A stretch of 64,000 bases of DNA. It comes from Auanema rhodensis (Eukaryota; Animalia; Nematoda). This document shows, piece after piece, positions 1-12,900 of the stretch. A program made the position numbers and the translations under genes. The DNA lies in the NCBI GenBank assembly GCA_964057225.1, contig OZ059894.1, forward strand, positions 7,068,001-7,132,000, written 5' to 3'. Numbering within the stretch: the first letter of the stretch is position 1; each line of letters begins with the position of its first letter. Under the pieces are notes generated by a model that made no database searches, was not told the origin of the DNA, and was given only the letters and a program-made list of their open reading frames with translations.

Positions 1-54
1 TCATATGAAAACATTTTTTTGAATGAAATTTTCACGTAATTCTTTCAACTTCAG

Positions 55-1747
55 CCCGGGCGAGCAAAAGGTTGAATTCCAATATGATATCGTAAAGGAC
101 GAGAAAGATCTGATTGTGGAGAAATTGAGGAATTTTTCAAACAATTCGGGTTCGTTTTCTTTGTCTCTGGACCACCATCAAGGTCTTCGTTATTGATTTC
201 ATCGATAAAACTATGTTTCCCGAGATGATATCCAGCCTGCGGCAGCACGTACCTGATTTAGAAACGACATCGTTTTGTTTTTTGATGTTTGAATATTCGA
301 CGTCTTGAATAATCATCATATTAGCAGCAGCTATAACAACTCACAAAATTAATTGTTTGTTCTTTAGACTTGATTTTAACTCTGGGGGGTACCGGCTTTT
401 CATCTCGTGATGTTACTCCAGAGGTAAGACAATTTTTGAAAAACGAAAGCATGTTGCATGTTTCATCTTTGAACTCAGTCAACGTGAGTTTAATTAATTT
501 ATTTTTGGCTTAAGGCGACATTAGAAGTGGTTGAACGTCGTTGCTCTGGTTTGGAAATTGCTTTGCATACACGTTCTTTGGAAGAAACTCCAATGGCTGC
601 ACTATCACGGGCTGTTGGTAAGTGGATGTTCAATGATTCAATTATGATGTCAAAATTGGGTAATATGCCATTAAAGAAGTAGGGTACCAGTATAATAAAA
701 AGGGAGAAATAAATGAGATATTTACTTTCAACAAACTATATAGAATATAAATATTATCTGCTGAATAGTCTGCTGATGAGAACTTTTTGAAATTTACACT
801 TAGTGATTACAAGGGCAGGAAAAAAGCAAAATTTCATGATATTATAATACAGTTATACACTAGCAATAATAAATCCCATCAATCACACATGCGTTTCAGC
901 TGATAAAACATGCACTTCGATCATATATCGAATTGCAAACTTATGCAATAAGTCTTCAATATAGGTTGTAAGTCAGAAATTCATATGCCCTCTAGTCGAA
1001 CGACATATTATGGACATCTAAGTTGTAATCATATAATTTATTATTGTTTTTGAGTTCAATATCTCTGAACTCTATCTTTCATGTGTTGGTATAGAAATGA
1101 GATGAAGGCAAAATGAATTTTAGACTAATTTTCCAAATTTCAAATTTGCAAAAATCTGTATTCTTCTTTTTTTCTGTTTTTACATCTAATTAAACCTCAC
1201 TAGTTAGTATTTTGTTTTAATATTTTTGTTTTCAGCTGGTATACATGGACGTACTTTAATTGTTAACTTTCCTGGAAGTCCTAAAGCAGTGCCTGTAAGT
1301 TATTTTGCAAATTCACAATAATATTATATAAAAGTAACTTAAATTGTGAAAGTGTTGTTGGGCAAACACCATTTTTTTCGAAAAAAAAAACCAATCAAGA
1401 TTCTAATCAAAACGTGAAACGTGAAGCTCGACCGCTCGCTAGGTTATGTCTCATTTTCATGCGTGTGATAACAAGGTGCGGTTGTAATCATAACCCAGGG
1501 TTGTTGCATTCCATACTCAGTACGGTAATATACTAACTGTCACTGTGTACTGTAGGCTCCAAATGGCTTTTAACATTACACTGTAGTTTTGAAACAATCA
1601 TTGAAAACTCTTATGAATAACACAAGTCTTCTATTTTATATTTTATAGTGTTATTGGAATGTACTGAAGCCCATTCTGGGTCATGGAGTTAGATTACTGC
1701 GTGGAGACGATGTTACCGCTGATCATGCACTGCAATTGTCCAAGTAA
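55..1747 (+). CDS. moc-2: Molybdenum cofactor biosynthesis MogA/gephyrin G-domain protein (5'-partial; exons 55-149, 368-423, 515-617, 1236-1294, 1649-1747)
   Basis: Spliced translation gives DIVKDEKDLIVEKLRNFSNNS-DLILTLGGTGFSSRDVTPE-ATLEVVERRCSGLEIALH...TPMAALSRAV-AGIHGRTLIVNFPGSPKAV. The GGTG..RDVTPE and PGSPKAV motifs are MogA signatures. All introns are GT-AG; stop TAA 1745-1747. Confidence 0.88.
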
Positions 1748-3475
1748 ACGATGTCATCGAACCAGACGTTTTTTCATGATTGCAATATTTATGTGTGACC
1801 ATATAAGATATTTAAGTGTTGAGAAGAAAAAAAAAGTTTTTTCCAAACGTACTGTGTTATCAAAATGTTGTTTCTCTCGATGTTTTTGACAGTAGACATG
1901 CAATTTGATATTCATATATCACTAGAAAAGAAGAAATAACGGATTTTTGGTCAACACCACAAAAAAAAAGAAAAATGCATCTGTATATACAACTACAGTA
2001 TCAATTTGCACTTGGATCGGCGTCTAGTACGTTCGTAAGGTGTTTTCTGCAGATTGCTTCAATCTAAAGAACATTGAAATCAATTAAAGGGATTAATTCT
2101 AATGGTACTTTAAATATGAGGCATGTTTAACTTGACGTCATTGCTAGTTGATCCCAATTAAACTCAGGTATGAGGAGAAAACGTAGGTGGAGGAAGCAAA
2201 AGGAGGAAAGCAAGGAGAAGGGCATATCTTTAATTTGTTCTTAAGCGATTATATCGAAGTCAACTTGCTTACCGCACGTACACACATTAGCACTTGTTAA
2301 TTAGACAATTTTAATTTTTCTTATGACAGCTGGCACATTGGTCTTCAAATTGAAGTGTTTGCCTGGCTTGATGCGATTAGCAGTACTTTCGACAGGATGG
2401 CCAACCTCTTTACCTTTATAAAGGCAGGGCCTTCCGTAATAGTTTGTATGTCCGAAAAACATCAGCTGGTTGACTGTCAGGCAGCCAGCTAGTGTTGCAT
2501 TGTGGTCTTCAATTCTTACCATCTTCTTTTTCTTTTCACTGATTTATGATTGAAATTCTTGTCAATTTCATATCACGCTTTTGTCAGATATGTATGTAGA
2601 AACATAGATCTCGAGCTTGCGATATTCAATCGTTCTGTTCTTTCTTTAGTGTACACATTTTTTTAAAATAAAACCATCGTATTAGCTAACGACAGCCCGA
2701 CGAAGGAATTTTTTCACGACGACTGAAAAACTAATTTGGCTTCTCCTTTTCTTGACCTTGGCGATTATTATCATAGTTACACGTTTGGCTTATCTTTTTT
2801 TTTAGAATGGCATCTATCATTGAACTATTGCTTGTACTCCTTTTTTTGAACCAAACTTTTGATACATTCATCTCGATTCTTCTAGTCTGTTCGTTACATC
2901 ACACATTTCCAATCTAATCTATATCTTATACATTTATTCCGCATATATCTAACTAACTAAGTTCTTATGAGATGATATTATATGTTTTTGTTTTGTGTGA
3001 AAAATTTTATTTTATAATAGTTAATAGGTGGTGTAGGATAGCAGAAAGTACAATAGGACCTAATAGTCTAGAAAACGACCTTTACTTTTCGTATTCACAT
3101 AGTTCAAATAAAGCAATACAGAAGAAAATATATATAAAAATGAACTAACATATCTTAAGCAATGAATAACATCACATTCGTTTTGAGAGAAATTCTATAT
3201 TTAAACATAAATTTCGAATATTTTTCGAATTAAGATCCATGCTATCTTCTCTTTGGTTCGTTTTCGTACTTTCTCTCTAACCTCTTATGCTTTTGATATA
3301 TTTCTTCTTTATCACTCACTCAACTTCAATCATGATCATCATGATCATCATCTTCGATCTAGCCTGTTGTATCGTTTATATGATTAATCATAGGAATAGC
3401 CGTCATGTTGAAACTAAAAATAGTAACAAATTATCTGATATTTATTTTTAGGAAACTCCGAAAACGTCGATCACG

Positions 3476-4509
3476 ATGACTCTCAAAGAATCACTTGCTA
3501 ATTTCATTGCCGATTTTGCCGGAATGAGCAAAACACCTGACTTCAAGCCAACGAACTCCAGAAAAAACTCATGCTGCGACAATTCATCTCCATATCTGAA
3601 ACAGAAGCATTCTAATGTGTCTCAAAACTGCCAATATGTTTCGCATCCACGACGAAAATCTGTCCAGATCATTGTTGGAGCGGTGAGTTTTTAATCATTT
3701 TTTGATAAAAAAAAGTCTTCTTCGGTTTTCTGTGACCTTATTTTGGGACTAAAGTTTTGTCCCTGTCTTCTCGGGCCAAACGAACATGAAAAAAAAAACT
3801 TTTTTGTTGGATTTTTTTCTTCTGTCAATTATTGGTGAAATTTGAAAACATATGGATGATATGACTTAATTCTTCATTTTTCATCAATGTAATTAAAAGT
3901 GACATCAACAATTTTCTGTACATCTCCGCTCTGTACGCTCTCACAACTACTACTATTCCTCTTCCTTAAGAGGTTGTGTTAGAGAGTTGTGAAGCACGCT
4001 ATGTTTATGTTATGACCCAAGTGATTGTGAAAAAACCAGTTCATTCCCGAATTGGTCTTCCATCTGGTATGATTCATAGAAAGATGTTTCAGATGCGCTG
4101 ATGTCATCAGCTCTTTAACTAATTTCAAAAGATTTTGAAGATGTTGGTGCAAAGTACTTTTTGAATATTTCTATTTCAGGAGGAACTTCCAGTTCTAGGA
4201 CGTGAACAAGCTGATGCTTCAAGCAACAATCCAGAAAAGTACATGAAAGGACAAAGACGGTACCCACACAACGAAGTATGTAAAGCTAAGACTGAGAATT
4301 ACAGCTGTTCTGCTCCAGTATTAGAATCACATGCTACTATGATGAAGCTGAAGCAGAAATGGAGAAAATCATTCGACAGTGGAGAAGAAAGCATCCCCGA
4401 AGAGGTTTGTAAATTAGATTAAAAAGACATTGATATTCATGCAAATTTTCAGGTTGAAACTGAAAATATCTCAACTTCAGGACAGAATGTTATCAATTAT
4501 AGAATATAA
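3476..4509 (+). CDS. Small hypothetical spliced protein (about 4 exons)
   Basis: ORF 3476 ends at a GTGAGT donor. Downstream TTTCAG/TTACAG acceptors give an in-frame path EELPVLGREQ...GQRR-CSAPVLESHATMMKLKQKWRKSFDSGEESIPEE-VETENISTSGQNVINYRI*. No domain recognised; the exon path is inferred. Confidence 0.55.
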
Positions 4510-5623
4510 AAGATCGATTGATCGCCATTTTCTTGAAGAACTGATAAAACGATCTGAAAGATCTATAAGAAGACCAGGAAGTCTTCTTAACCTCTAGCAC
4601 TATCTCGCTTCTCTTCCTTTTCTTTCAATCTCTTGCTTCTGCTTGCACTCTCTTTCTTTATCTTTCTCAGTCTCTCTCCTTTTCTCATGTATCATTCGAT
4701 TCGAAGCACATTGCAATATTATTCTAGCAGATTAAACGATTTCTTGTATCAAATTTAGAAAACATAGTCATGTCAACCAATTTATTTGATTTTTTTTCTG
4801 TAAAAAAGCACATATTTCATCAAATGTATATATGGAAATAAACCTTAATATCACAATTAAATTCAAAATTTACGAATGACATGGAAGCTCAATAGTTTTG
4901 TGACGGAAAATCGTAGGGGAAGATTGAAAAAACGGTGTGGAAAACCAATAAATCCACGGAGCTCTGTGTTAATAAGGCCACTTGTATATGGAATGTTGGA
5001 ATTTATTGAAAAGTTCGAAAGGTGGATGGCAGCGAAAACGAAAGGCACTGATTCAAAAAATATTCTGGTTTATGATGGACACAGTATAAAACCTGAAAAC
5101 AATATTCCCAGACGTTCCATTTTTTAGCCAATCCTCATGTAAACAGATACTGTAATATGAAAGATTTTTGTTGTTTTTTTTCTGATTGAAGATGGTGGAT
5201 TGGAAACTGGTAAGTAGGTAGATGAGGAGGTAGATATGATTGAAGACGATGAACAGGGAACATTTGAGAGAGAAGAAAGATGATAAGATAAATGAAAATT
5301 TGATCTGTTTTCGTCATCATTCATCGTATTACTTTCTTACATGTTCCTGTATTTGGCAAATCAGGAGAGAATTTTCAAGTTTTTGACCAGACCTTCCTAT
5401 TCATGGTAGGCAGTTGTTGAAGAAGTAGTAATGAAAATAGAATTAATCATACATACTATACGGTAGTAAAGAACATATTTTGAGTTAAAAAAAGGAATAA
5501 TTGACTTTATAGCCAAAAAAAACAATTTTTGAGTTTTTGAAGAGAAAGAGCACCTGAAGCTTAAAAGGATACCCGGATATCAAAGGTAACAGAGGAATAT
5601 TCGATATAATATAAATGAGTAAG

Positions 5624-8600
5624 CTAATCCTTTGATTTAGCTGTATAATACATCCAGTAAATTAAATTACAAAAAGTGAATGTAATTGGAAAAAGTTTTT
5701 GGCAAAACCTGAAAACGAAAATATGTTAAACAAATATAATACTCAGTTTAATTACCTATCTAGCTCTTCTCCAGTCCATTTTTGGAAAAGTTTACCAGAA
5801 ACCAATCTTCTACGTCGTTTTCTTGAAGCTCGACGTTGTCTCACGTATACTAGCATCTGTATATGAAGCATGGTAAGTATCATTTCATATGCATATGTAT
5901 TACCCTATTATTTGGATCTTCTGCGTCTGGATTAAGTTCACTGTTCGGAGGCTTTGGAGCTGCACATCCCACATATGTTCTAAAACATATATTACTGTTG
6001 TATTAATCGCAACATGTATAGGTATGATTTTACTTATCGTTCCATCCCTCTTTCCAATCTCCTTCTTCCGGAGAAGCACAATTAGATTCTGAAAATTGAG
6101 GCCTTCCAGGCCCATAACCAGATTTGAAACTCTTTGTTGAGAATGTTCGTTGAAAAACATTCTTCTGTATTTCGTCATCCGTCATAAAATCCTCGAATCT
6201 AAATATATTTAAAAAAAAACTTTAATGCCATTTATATAAAGTAGGTCTTACGATTGTTTGTTCTCCAATGTACCTACTACAGCAAGTTCAACAATTGAGA
6301 GGAAAATGTAGCCTACACAACCGAACATGAAAAGGTCAAGACCTTTAACATACGATACCTGAAACAAATGTATTTTTTAATAGAGAATCTTTTTTTTTAA
6401 TGGAAAACAGCTGGAAGGCTTGATGGTCAGGCTTAGGCGTGAAAACAAATTGTATTTTTAGGTTGCTGAAGGTGAGAACAAAGCTTGATTTCAGAAGGTA
6501 TAATGGAATGAACGGAATTGTCATCAAAATTAAACTACAGAAAATGTTAAAGTTTTGTATTTCGAAGTGTTAATGAATCTCAAAAACAAAAAATAAAATA
6601 ATAAATTTAAAAGGTAAGAGTGGTGGATGAACATGACGAAGCGTGAATTAGGGAAGTTTGGTTTCAGGTTGGAGCTAATACATATATCTCGTATCAGAGA
6701 GCATTTTTGTTTTTTTTTGTTCTTGTTGGTGGAAGTGTGACAAATGTAACGAATACTGTATATGGACATACCGATGGCAGACTATTCTCATTGTTTGGAT
6801 CCTTGAAACAGAAAAACCCTTTGACAGATTTATATACAAATTTAAAATAAATGAAAACTATGTTCGATGAGTGAGATCAGAGATTCGATGTTTAAGTTGG
6901 TAAGCATCATTCTGGTATATTGCATTTCACAAGAAAGAAGCAAAGGGATAAGAGTTACGTGGATATCAATTTCACTATTTTTAGAATAAAAGGAAAAAGT
7001 TATGAAAATTTTTTTAAAATACCTTTGGCAAACTACGAGCAACATTTGAATACTGCAGAGTCAGAGCCATCAATGAAGATACACCTAGGGTAACACGAGC
7101 AGGTAAACTCTTCCTAAATTACAAATTAAATTGAATAAATTAATTTTGTATTTTTTTATTAAAGTTAAAAGCTCAATGTTTTGTTTTCAACTTTTAAATT
7201 CTGTATACCAGTTTTTTATTTTGAAATTTAAGTTAAATTCGCCTCGAAGTTTCAGTTAATTTTCAATGTGTTTGCTAATTACTTTTGTTCTAAAAATAAA
7301 TCATTTTGATTTTTGCCTAATATGATTATCCAATGATTTTTAAAAGTTGAAAAATCAAACAACATCTTGAAAATTGAATGAATTAATGAAACATGTGAGT
7401 ATTTTTATGTGTTTTCTTTACCGTACCTATCAAGCCAGAATGATATCCATGAAATTAGAACCATACAATATGTCGGGAGATAAATTTGTAGGATGTAAAA
7501 GCCATATGATCGACGGAAGAATAATTTTATATTTAGCTATAAATAAAATAATAAGTATAAGATGAACAAAACAACATTTTTGTTCGAATATTCAATGATC
7601 CAAAAAAAATATTTTTGTGGATTTTTCAGAAATTCAACCATTTCTCGCATGCATCACGTGAAAAATGAAAAGCTCATATTCACGTGTACTTGGAATTTTT
7701 AGAATTTTTAGAATCTCATATCAGACTAAAGATTTGTTTTTCTTGTAAAATATATAAATAGTATTATAGTATTATTACAAGTATTTTACTTTTTTATCAT
7801 TTAAAAAAAAATTTGAAAAAGTTGAAAAACTACAGTGGTGTAACTAAAAACAAAAATTTCATATATTCATATATGTATTTTAAAGTACATTGTACTCATT
7901 ATATATTGTTTCTATGTATTTCCTTGAAGATACAACCACAACTGTAGAATGTTTTTACGTCATCTAATGACAATTAAATTACTTTTTTCGTATTTAGTTG
8001 TTATACTTTCTTTCAGATTTCATATCTTATGTTTAACATAATTTGTATTTTAATTATAATTTCAAATCAAAAAAATCCATTAAATTAATAATTTTGATGG
8101 AGAGGGAAAAACAGAATGAGAGGGAGGAAGAGAGGAAAAGGAAAAACATAGCGACACCTATAAAAACCTAATGCCCAAAAAAATAATGTTGTCTCTTTTT
8201 ACAAGTAGAAAATGAAAAGAATATTCAACAGTTTTTAATATGTCATTTCTTTTACTAATTAATTCAGATGTAAAAAGTCTTTTTTATTTTTACGATTTTC
8301 TTTTTTATTATTTTTCTCTAGTATTTATCCTAAAAAATTACAAAACTCGACAAAAGGGAGATAATAAGTGACAGAGAGAGATATATAGCAGATACTTTGT
8401 ATATTGTCAGTTTTGTGTTGAAAAACTTAGTTTCATATACACAATTTCAAGAAGTTCAAAACTTAATTTAAAATATATTTCTATGTATTTTAAAAAAATT
8501 GTTGTCGAAAAGACCGAACATGCTTATGACATATGCCAGCTATAAGTAAGAGATGAACGAGCTTGGCTTATTATGATGAAAAGAAATGAGTTACAACTCT

Positions 8601-9984
8601 ACCTGGTCCCAAACTCCTGCCGGATATTGAAATGTAGCTTTTTCATGTATAAACGTTGTCATATGAAAATCAGGTAGTTTAACTTCGTCTATGAATTCAA
8701 CCGGCTGACCCTGCCGCTTCCAATGCAATCGAACCTTAAAGTTTAAACAAATAACTGTCATTCTTACACACATCCGTCAAATCATAATGTTTTAAAGAAA
8801 GCTTCCAACTCATTGCTATGCGTTGCTAAGCTTGAAAAAGTGTTTTTTTATTATTTCAAAATGATTTTTGATATTATTACGTGAGTAACAAGAAAAACAA
8901 ACCTTTCCAACATTGAAAGAATAACTTTCAAAAATGGTTGTACACATAACACGATCCATAGGGAAGAAACTGTAAAATATCAGAAAATTACAAAAGAACA
9001 AACAACAAAAATCATTTATTTTAATAATAAAATTCGATTTGAAGATAGTAAAACAAACCTGAAATCCATTTCACATGGTGATTCAACTACTATTCTGAAA
9101 AATAAAATAAAAAATAAAATGATATAATAAAGATTTAATAAACCGATAGTTCATCCACACTGTTCCATTAGGAAATATAGCTAAAAAAATATTTGGCGTT
9201 GGACTTTGATGTATAGATGAACCTATAAATAAGGATTTATTGCCTAAAGAAAAAGAAGAAAAACAATTTAATTACCTTTACTGTTAACTATACAAACATT
9301 AGGCAACCAAATATGATCCACCATTCGATGTGATAATGATAAATTGGTTAGACAATGAGCTCCTTCTTCATGCTCAAATGATAAACCTGGATCATGCCAT
9401 ATTTGAGAAAAAAGTATATGCATAGTTGAAGATGATTGAATTTCCGAGATTTCTGATACGCGTTGGATAAGCAACTGCAAATGAGTAAATGATTTTGAAT
9501 TTCATTTATCGTTACCTCCACATCCACATCAACTCCTTTCATTTTTGGAACAAGATTACGATCATATTTAGCTAACAGCTCTGTTAATATTCTACAAGAA
9601 ATTTATAATTTTGAGGTTGTGTTTGTATATAGTTATACCGAGTTGCTGCTTTTTCAGCTTGACCTAAAACACAAAAAGGCTCTTCTGATGGATCTTGAAT
9701 TGTCGTCGGAAGAGGTGTGAGCACTGAAATATTTTTGTTTTCATATATACAGCATTGATATAGATACTTTGGCATGTTCCATTTGGCATATTAACAAATC
9801 CTTCACGACATTCACATGTCCTCTGACCATCCTGCCACAATTTACAGTACGATGACCGTAAATCACATTTTCCACATTCTGTTAAGATATTTCATAGATT
9901 AAGCTGTACAATTTAGAAAACTTTACCTTCATCTAGAGCAGCTACCAGAGAAACGGTGAAAGTTAATATAAAGGAAAATGCCAT
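5624..9984 (-). CDS. Cys-loop ligand-gated ion channel subunit, predicted anion-selective, with N-terminal EGF-like domain
   Basis: Signal peptide [16 protein letters not shown]; IWHDPGL and [11 protein letters not shown]; Cys-loop [15 protein letters not shown] (C-x13-C); M1 [24 protein letters not shown]; M2 [18 protein letters not shown] (PAR motif); M3 [17 protein letters not shown]; M4 [21 protein letters not shown]; stop at 5624-5626. Confidence 0.93.
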
Positions 9985-12900
9985 CAATATATAGATATCA
10001 TCGGACTTTGTCAAAAATCATAAGATTGCTTTTAATTGAAAATCTACGAGGTTCTTTTTTTGAATCTGAAACTAAGACATTCACGGAAAATAATCGAAAA
10101 AAAAGAAAACGACTAAAATGAATTTCATCTAAAAATAACTTAGTAAAAAAGTACATAATAATGAATACATGCTGCATTAAGAAGGAGGATGAGGGGGAGC
10201 ATAAGAGCAGAGGTAGTCAATGCCGGAGGCGGCAAGAAATAGAATTAAGCTAAAGTTTAAGAGCAATTGGAAAATTATATAATTCTTTGGTGAATAATAA
10301 ACAGTTGATGAAAAAAGAGCTGATGAAATACGATAGATAATCTTGAATTTCAGAGAATAAAAATACATCAGATGTGGTGAATAGAATAGCAGGATGCATG
10401 TTATCACTTCATCAGAGTTTCAAGCAAGATATGGCTGAAGAAACGAGATGAGATAATTGAGGGAAGCACAGCTAAACTTATACGCAACTTAGTGCTGTTT
10501 GCTGAAAGTGTTTAATTTTAAAAATAAGCTAATATTACATAAAGAAATGAATATATGTAAAAAAAAATTTGTTGCAATAAATAACGAGAGTTGCACAAAC
10601 TTATCAGCTAGAGCATGTGCATAATGCTGATTTAAGTATGCATATCCGAAACATATATTACATGATAACATAATTACGAAAAAGTAGTTTAATTACACAT
10701 TTATGATATATCTTTAATATTTTTATTTAACTTGTGCTAGCTTCGTGCAATTAACTTATATTCTTCAGATAATTATTGACGATTGATTAAAGCATGTTTG
10801 AGCAGACGGATAATAGAATGAATTTATTAAAGATTATGTTATAGTTAATATTAACTATATAAAATTATTTACTTAATAAAAAAAAAAGAAAAAAAAACGA
10901 AATAATCATTTTATTAACTATTAAATCTAAGAAATATTTAATTTTCAACGCAAAATTATTTTCCAAAATGATTTTGGTGACGAAAAAACTGCTTTCCAGA
11001 ACAAAAAAAAAAAAATATATATATATACATGTATATAACTATTGGAAATTATTGAGAACATAAAGGAACTATTCTCAATAATCTAACTAGGCTAAAGCTT
11101 TTTTCTTATAATTTCAAATGAGAAGAATGATGAAGAGACATGCTCTTCTGATGAGGAATGACTGAATTTGTTAAGTAAGGAGTTCTTCTAATTAAAACAA
11201 AGCGGTTTAAGTGCTTTTAAATAAAGATAGGAGCATTCTTGAACTTGAACAGTTTATTTCTTCATAATAATTTTTTATTCAAAGAATTTTTAAATCTTTC
11301 CGTGTTTTTATAATTTACTAATATGAAATCATTATTGAATTTTCCTGTTTAATTCTATTATTTTGAGTTTAAAAATAAAGTGAAAAGGACATTAGAATGC
11401 AACTGCCTACATACAAATTAATAATTAAAATAAAATCTGAGTTTACGTGAAATGAAATTGAGAAAAACGTTTATGTGATTATATCCACGTGAAATATTTC
11501 ATTTTTAATATCAAGAGTAACAAATAAATATTACGAATGAATATGAATGAATAAATGAAAAATGTTCTTTAATAACTTGAGGATATTGATAATCTTAGCA
11601 ATCACAAAAAAGAATATTGCTTTATTCATCTTATGCATAATATATAATGAAGATTGTTTATAGGTTGAAAGACACTTAAATATAAAAAAAAAAGAAAATT
11701 CTAAGAGATATTCAATTGAATTTATCATTACAAAGTTTATAAAGACTAGGAATTTCTTTGGAACACATATAAATATGTCATAAGAGTTTTGAAGTAGTTT
11801 GAAAGTATTTTTTTTCAAAAACTAATTTAATTGAAATAAAAATAAATTAATAAATTCAATGAATCTCTTATGTTTAAAAGTTTACAAATAATAAATGCTT
11901 TGTGAGAATGAAAGAAATAAAGTTGAAAGTTTTTCGGAAATTTTTGAAGTAATAAGAAAAGAAAACGATGGCTTCCTGGACTTCAAAAAAACGACTAAAA
12001 AAAACCCAAAAACGAATGCTATGAAAATGAAAATGAATGAGGAGAAGAGGGAGACAGAAACAGAGAGAAAAGAATAATACGAAGAGGGAGAACAGAACAC
12101 ATTCACAGGTAAGTAAGAAGCTTCCGCAGAGGTATTTCATAGCAGAGAAAAGAAAAAAATCTAAACAATGAATTTCATGAATAGTAGAATTGTGATGATA
12201 GAGTCTAGCATGACGAATTTATTTCTGATTCCAGGAATTCTGAAGAGTCCATTCGAGGTCAAAAAAAAGATTTGTATGATTGCACGCTCACTATGAGTTT
12301 ATACAATGATTAGTGTAGACACTAACTGAATTTTCAGGCTTCAAAGGGCAGTTTCAATGAAAGATCAAAGGAGTTTAATATTTTTTTACTTAATAATTCA
12401 TTTGTATACAAGAAGATTTTCTGTTCCTCAGTTCATAAACCATATTTCCCACGGTCACATAATCTTCTAGTAATGATTTACGAAACAATATAGTAAAAAT
12501 TTGACAAATCTAACTTAAAGCAAAGAAGAGACGTCATTTTCGGATAATTATGCAAATTTTAATGAAAGATTTGAGATTTGTTTGTCTTCCAATAATCCAT
12601 CAAGCAAAAGTTATGAAATTCTGATGCTGACCAGCGTGGACGAAACACTTTCTTGCCAAAAACAGAAACATGACAAACGATCAGAAATAGAATGAAGAGA
12701 AAGAGATGTACACTAATTCTAGAGAGAAAGGGACGAGAAACTAGATGGATTACGACTCAGAGTGCATAGCAAAGGGACTCTTTCTTGCTTCCGATGAAAT
12801 GAAAAATCACCTGAAGAGAAAGACAAGAACATCATGATCGTTGTCTGCAAGGCTAAAGCATAGAAGTCGGATGGAGTCTAATGGGCTACGGCTGTGCCAA

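Noticed and set aside
51-319. Minus-strand ORFs 51-248 and 137-319
   Set aside because: Shadow of the plus-strand moc-2 exon and intron.
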